Part shown: one piece after another, positions 45,067-48,271 of the stretch
Layout: every line of letters starts with the position of its first letter
Numbering within the stretch: the first letter of the stretch is position 1
NCBI GenBank assembly: GCA_035319685.1
Contig: DATHCE010000220.1
Span: forward strand, 1 to 48,271
Length of the DNA: 48,271 nt
Direction of reading: 5' to 3'
Origin: Bryobacteraceae bacterium
GTDB taxonomy: Bacteria > Acidobacteriota > Terriglobia > Bryobacterales > Bryobacteraceae
Program-made: the position numbers and the translations under genes
The notes under the pieces: model-generated
The model's database searches: none
What the model was told of the DNA's origin: nothing
Seen by the model: the letters and a program-made list of their open reading frames with translations, nothing else

Positions 45067-46071
45067 TCAGGAGGCGATGGGCGCAAGCACGGCAGCCGCC
45101 ATGGCGCGTTTTAAATCGTCGATGCCTTCGCCGGTCACGCTCGAAATCTGGTAAAACGGGAGTCCATGCGCGGCGGCATGATCCCTCAAGCGCGCTACGC
45201 GATCAGGATCCTGCGCCGCGTCAAGCTTGGTCGCCACCACGATCATGGGTTTTTCCACCAGCGCTTCGGAGAAGCTGGCCAATTCCTTCATGACGACGTC
45301 GAAGTCGTGCACCGGATCGCGGCCGCTGAATTCGGAAACGTCGACCAGGCACGCGAGCAATCGCGTGCGCTCGATGTGCCGCAGAAACTGAATGCCTAGG
45401 CCATGTCCTTCGTGCGCGCCTTCGATCAATCCCGGAATATCCGCGACCACGAACGTTCGATCGTCGACGGTCGCGACGCCCAGGTTCGGCTCGAGCGTCG
45501 TGAACGGATAATCGGCGATCTTGGGCCGCGCCCCGGAGATGCGCGAGATCAACGTCGATTTTCCGGCATTCGGAAATCCCACCAGGCCCACGTCGGCGAG
45601 CAGTTTTAATTCGAGGCGCAGACGGCGCTCTTCGCCCGGCTTGCCGGCTTCATGTTCCGTCGGCGCCTGATGAGTCGAGGTTGCAAAGCGCGCGTTGCCG
45701 CGTCCCCCGCGCCCGCCGTGCGCGATGATGAAGCGATCGCCCGCGGTAGTGAAATCGTGGAGCAGGTCTCCCGTGTCCGCATCGTAAACGACCGTGCCGA
45801 CCGGAGTGGGGACTTCCATCGATGCGCCGTCGCGTCCGGTGCGATTGCTGCCTTCGCCGTGGCGCCCGCGCTCGGCTTTGTATTCGGGATTAAAACGGAA
45901 ATGGAGCAGCGTGTTGTAATGCTGGCTGGCGACCAGAATCACATTGCCGCCGTTGCCGCCGTCGCCGCCGCTAGGGCCGCCGCGCGGAACGTATTTCTCG
46001 CGGCGAAACGCAAGACACCCGTTGCCGCCGTCGCCGGCTTTAACGTAAATTTTTACTTCGTCAATAAACAT
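45067..46071 (-). CDS. obg: GTPase Obg/CgtA
   Basis: [39 protein letters not shown] plus G1-G4 motifs ([22 protein letters not shown]). Confidence 0.95.
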   Translation of the reverse strand: MFIDEVKIYVKAGDGGNGCLAFRREKYVPRGGPSGGDGGNGGNVILVASQHYNTLLHFRFNPEYKAERGRHGEGSNRTGRDGASMEVPTPVGTVVYDADTGDLLHDFTTAGDRFIIAHGGRGGRGNARFATSTHQAPTEHEAGKPGEERRLRLELKLLADVGLVGFPNAGKSTLISRISGARPKIADYPFTTLEPNLGVATVDDRTFVVADIPGLIEGAHEGHGLGIQFLRHIERTRLLACLVDVSEFSGRDPVHDFDVVMKELASFSEALVEKPMIVVATKLDAAQDPDRVARLRDHAAAHGLPFYQISSVTGEGIDDLKRAMAAAVLAPIAS

Positions 46072-46076
46072 CGGGC

Positions 46077-46128
46077 CAGCGGTCAGGGGCCAGGGGTTAT
46101 TGCGGATCCGGCTGGCCCCTGGCCGCTG
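46077..46128 (-). other. 17-bp-stem hairpin in the rpmA-obg spacer
   Basis: cagcggtcaggggccag / ctggcccctggccgctg with one mismatch, around an 18-nt loop. No U tract follows on the minus strand. Confidence 0.5.
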
Positions 46129-46143
46129 AACCCCGGCTGCCCG

Positions 46144-46401
46144 TTATTCGGCGGGCCGGATGCTGACGAATTTCCCGAGCCTTCCGCGGTCGCGGAACTC
46201 GATCACGCCGGGGACTTTCGCGAACAGAGTATCGTCCTTGCCCAGACCGACGTTGACGCCGGGCTTGATGCGCGTGCCGCGCTGGCGCACGATGATGGAT
46301 CCGCCGGTGACGAGCTGGCCGCCGAAGGCCTTTACGCCCAACCGCTGCGAATTGGAATCGCGCCCATTTTTGGAACTGCCTAAACCTTTTTTATGTGCCA
46401 T
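46144..46401 (-). CDS. rpmA: 50S ribosomal protein L27
   Basis: [24 protein letters not shown].. Confidence 0.95.
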   Translation of the reverse strand: MAHKKGLGSSKNGRDSNSQRLGVKAFGGQLVTGGSIIVRQRGTRIKPGVNVGLGKDDTLFAKVPGVIEFRDRGRLGKFVSIRPAE

Positions 46402-46410
46402 GACTGCATC

Positions 46411-46719
46411 CTATGCGACGATCTCGTTGACCGTAATTCGCGTGTAATTCTGGCGATGCCCGATCGTCCGCTTATATTGCTTCTTGCGCTTGAATTTGAA
46501 CACCAGCGTCTTCTGACTGCGTCCTTGTTCGGTGATGGTGGCCTTGACCAGCGCTCCCGCGGCATCCGCACCGGTTTTCACAGCGTCGTCATCGACCACG
46601 GCGAGCACGCGGTTGAACTCGACCTCCGCGCCCACCTCGCCCGCGAGCGTTTCCACTTCGATAGAAGCGCCAGGCGCCACGCGATACTGCTTCCCGCCTG
46701 TTTCGATGACTGCGTACAT
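46411..46719 (-). CDS. rplU: 50S ribosomal protein L21
   Basis: MYAVIETGGKQYRV.. ..RKKQYKRTIGHRQ.. Confidence 0.95.
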   Translation of the reverse strand: MYAVIETGGKQYRVAPGASIEVETLAGEVGAEVEFNRVLAVVDDDAVKTGADAAGALVKATITEQGRSQKTLVFKFKRKKQYKRTIGHRQNYTRITVNEIVA

Positions 46720-46740
46720 AAGGATTCCCTCGGTTGGATT

Positions 46741-46760
46741 CTTCTGAGGAACCTCAGAAG
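46741..46760 (-). other. 9-bp inverted repeat upstream of rplU
   Basis: cttctgagg-aa-cctcagaag, 22-41 nt upstream of the rplU ATG. This could be a leader or processing hairpin. Confidence 0.3.
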
Positions 46761-46827
46761 TTTCAGCATACTACAGTCGGATCACGCTTGGCAAAGACGC
46801 GAAACGCGATTGCCGCGGCCGAAGGAA

Positions 46828-47457
46828 CTAATTCGCCTTCGACACCGCCTTGGCCGGACGAAGTTGCGCATCTTCCAGGCGCTTGGTTTCCTGCCAGGTG
46901 AAAATCATGCGATGGATCACCGTCAGATTCCCCAGCACCGCGATCACCCACAGCACCGGCGCCATCCGGTCGAATAACGCGCCGATGATCAGCAGCACCA
47001 CTCGTTCCGGACGCTCCATGAAACCGACCTTGCACATCGGGATCGTGTTCTCGGCGCGCGCGCGAACATAGCTTACCATCACCGAGGCCGTCATCGCGAT
47101 CGCCGTCAGCACGACGTAGCCGAACCGGTTGATCGATCCGTACCACACCAGCAGACCGACCAACAGCGCGAGATCGGAATAACGGTCGAGCACCGAATCG
47201 AAAAATCCGCCGAAGCGCGTGACCTGATTGGTTTCTCGCGCCACACGGCCATCCACCATATCGAACAGCCCGGCCCCGATGATCACCGCGCCGGCCCATC
47301 GGAACATCCCCACCGCCAGCAGCGCGGCTGCGGCGATGTTGATCACCAGCCCTAGAAACGTCAGGACGTTGGGAGAAATTTTCGACAGCGCGAGCCCGCG
47401 CACGATCAAACGAATTACTTTATTGCAGGCTATGCCGATCGCACGCGTGTAGGTCAT
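46828..47457 (-). CDS. CDP-alcohol phosphatidyltransferase family protein
   Basis: Signature D-x2-DG-x2-AR-x8-G-x3-D-x3-D lies within FDMVDGRVARETNQVTRFGGFFDSVLDRYSD. The protein has multiple TM helices. Confidence 0.85.
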   Translation of the reverse strand: MTYTRAIGIACNKVIRLIVRGLALSKISPNVLTFLGLVINIAAAALLAVGMFRWAGAVIIGAGLFDMVDGRVARETNQVTRFGGFFDSVLDRYSDLALLVGLLVWYGSINRFGYVVLTAIAMTASVMVSYVRARAENTIPMCKVGFMERPERVVLLIIGALFDRMAPVLWVIAVLGNLTVIHRMIFTWQETKRLEDAQLRPAKAVSKAN

Positions 47458-47462
47458 CTCTA

Positions 47463-47936
47463 TCAGGACTCCGTCGCTTGGTGAATCGTGCTCATCTCTA
47501 TGATTTCCATCTCACGAACGCCGCCCGGGATCTGGATGCGGACCGTATCGCCCACCTGCTTGCCGAGCAATCCGCGCCCAATCGGCGAGCTGGTCGAAAT
47601 CAATCCTTTGGATACATCCACGTCTTCGCTCGTCACGAGCTTGTAGCGGATTTTTTCGTCCTTGGCGGTATCGAACACTACCACCGTTGAGCCCAGACCG
47701 ACGCGGTCATGCGGAATCTTAGACATGTCGATCATCGAAAGATCGCGAAGCCGCGTGGCCAACTGGGTGAGGCGCGCCTGAACGTAGCGCTGGCGCTCCT
47801 TGGCCGCATGATACTCGGCGTTTTCGCTCAAATCGCCATGCGCGCGTGCTTTGAGGATCTCCCTGGGAAGCTCAATCCGCAACTCCATTTCGAGGGCGGC
47901 AATTTCCTCCTTGAGCTTTCTGATCAGATCTTCCAT
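47463..47936 (-). CDS. greA: transcription elongation factor GreA
   Basis: ..ARAHGDLSENAEYHAAKERQ.. and C-terminal ..VSTSSPIGRGLLGKQVGDTV.. Confidence 0.95.
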   Translation of the reverse strand: MEDLIRKLKEEIAALEMELRIELPREILKARAHGDLSENAEYHAAKERQRYVQARLTQLATRLRDLSMIDMSKIPHDRVGLGSTVVVFDTAKDEKIRYKLVTSEDVDVSKGLISTSSPIGRGLLGKQVGDTVRIQIPGGVREMEIIEMSTIHQATES

Positions 47937-48271
47937 GCGGCGGTTCCGATTGGATTATACCGCGCGTCCGGTGCCTGCGACATCAGCGCTGCGATTCGGG
48001 TTCGCACTTGTGCAGGACACGGCAGCGCATATCCGGCCAGAACTCCTTGAGGACGTTTGAATCCGGCGTCGCTCGCCACGTTGATCTCGAAATGCTCCAG
48101 CGTATTGTCGAACCTGCGGTTCAACGGCGAATAGTAACAAGCGGATAGTAACAATTGGAGATGCTGGCCGACCGCGATCACTGCAAACAAACAGGCCGCC
48201 GGGAGCTTGCCCGTGGTTGAACAGACCGCTTCTCCGAGGCGAAAGTGTCCAACAACTACTTCGAAAGTTCG

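Noticed and set aside
47924-48271. Open reading frame on the minus strand running in from the right edge (..FEVVVGHFRLGEAVCSTTGKLPAACLFAVIAVGQ..DNTLEHFEINVASDAGFK..), overlapping the greA start.
   Set aside because: There is no recognisable family. Third-position GC is clearly lower than in the confident genes, and the frame contains the low-GC repeat stretch. I cannot decide without sequence beyond the edge.
1-48271. Mobile genetic elements, prophage or integrons.
   Set aside because: I found no transposase, integrase, recombinase or phage structural genes, and no long terminal inverted repeats, in any frame. Only the small TA cassette and the compositional break at the cytochrome cluster hint at past horizontal transfer.

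Overview
High-GC (about 60-65%) bacterial chromosomal segment. Its gene content looks Acidobacteriota-like, but that is an inference and I cannot verify it here. I call about 50 protein-coding genes and find no rRNA, tRNA, CRISPR array, transposase or integrase. The most interesting locus is at 20.2-26.4 kb. It holds three translationally coupled genes: a 710-aa decaheme cytochrome with a 5+5 CXXCH layout (MtrC/OmcA-like), a 318-aa periplasmic decaheme cytochrome (MtrA/DmsE-like) and a 694-aa heme-free outer-membrane barrel (MtrB/PioB-like). A radical SAM/SPASM gene follows only 9 nt later. Together these look like an MtrCAB-type extracellular electron conduit with a possible new accessory enzyme. 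Other content includes a NitT/TauT-type ABC importer, a nitrilase, a HigBA-like toxin-antitoxin cassette and HtrA/DegP. There is also a Ser/Thr kinase next to an Asp-less orphan response regulator, and a phosphoketolase-acetate kinase operon with divergent rpiB. Further genes are S10 and S41 peptidases, mtnA, folP, mutM, tatA, HU, a GAF histidine kinase with a NarL regulator, and the conserved rplU-rpmA-obg and greA core genes. Anomalies include a fadB-like gene interrupted by an in-frame TGA at a conserved Gly, two gene remnants, and an ORF with a clear signal peptide but no canonical start codon. Perfect short tandem repeats are unusually frequent: in frame inside ackA, htrA and the mtrB-like gene, as a 20-bp x4 array in a divergent promoter, and as a 17-bp x3 array duplicating a gene's stop region. 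All family calls rest on motif recognition by eye and need HMM or BLAST confirmation.
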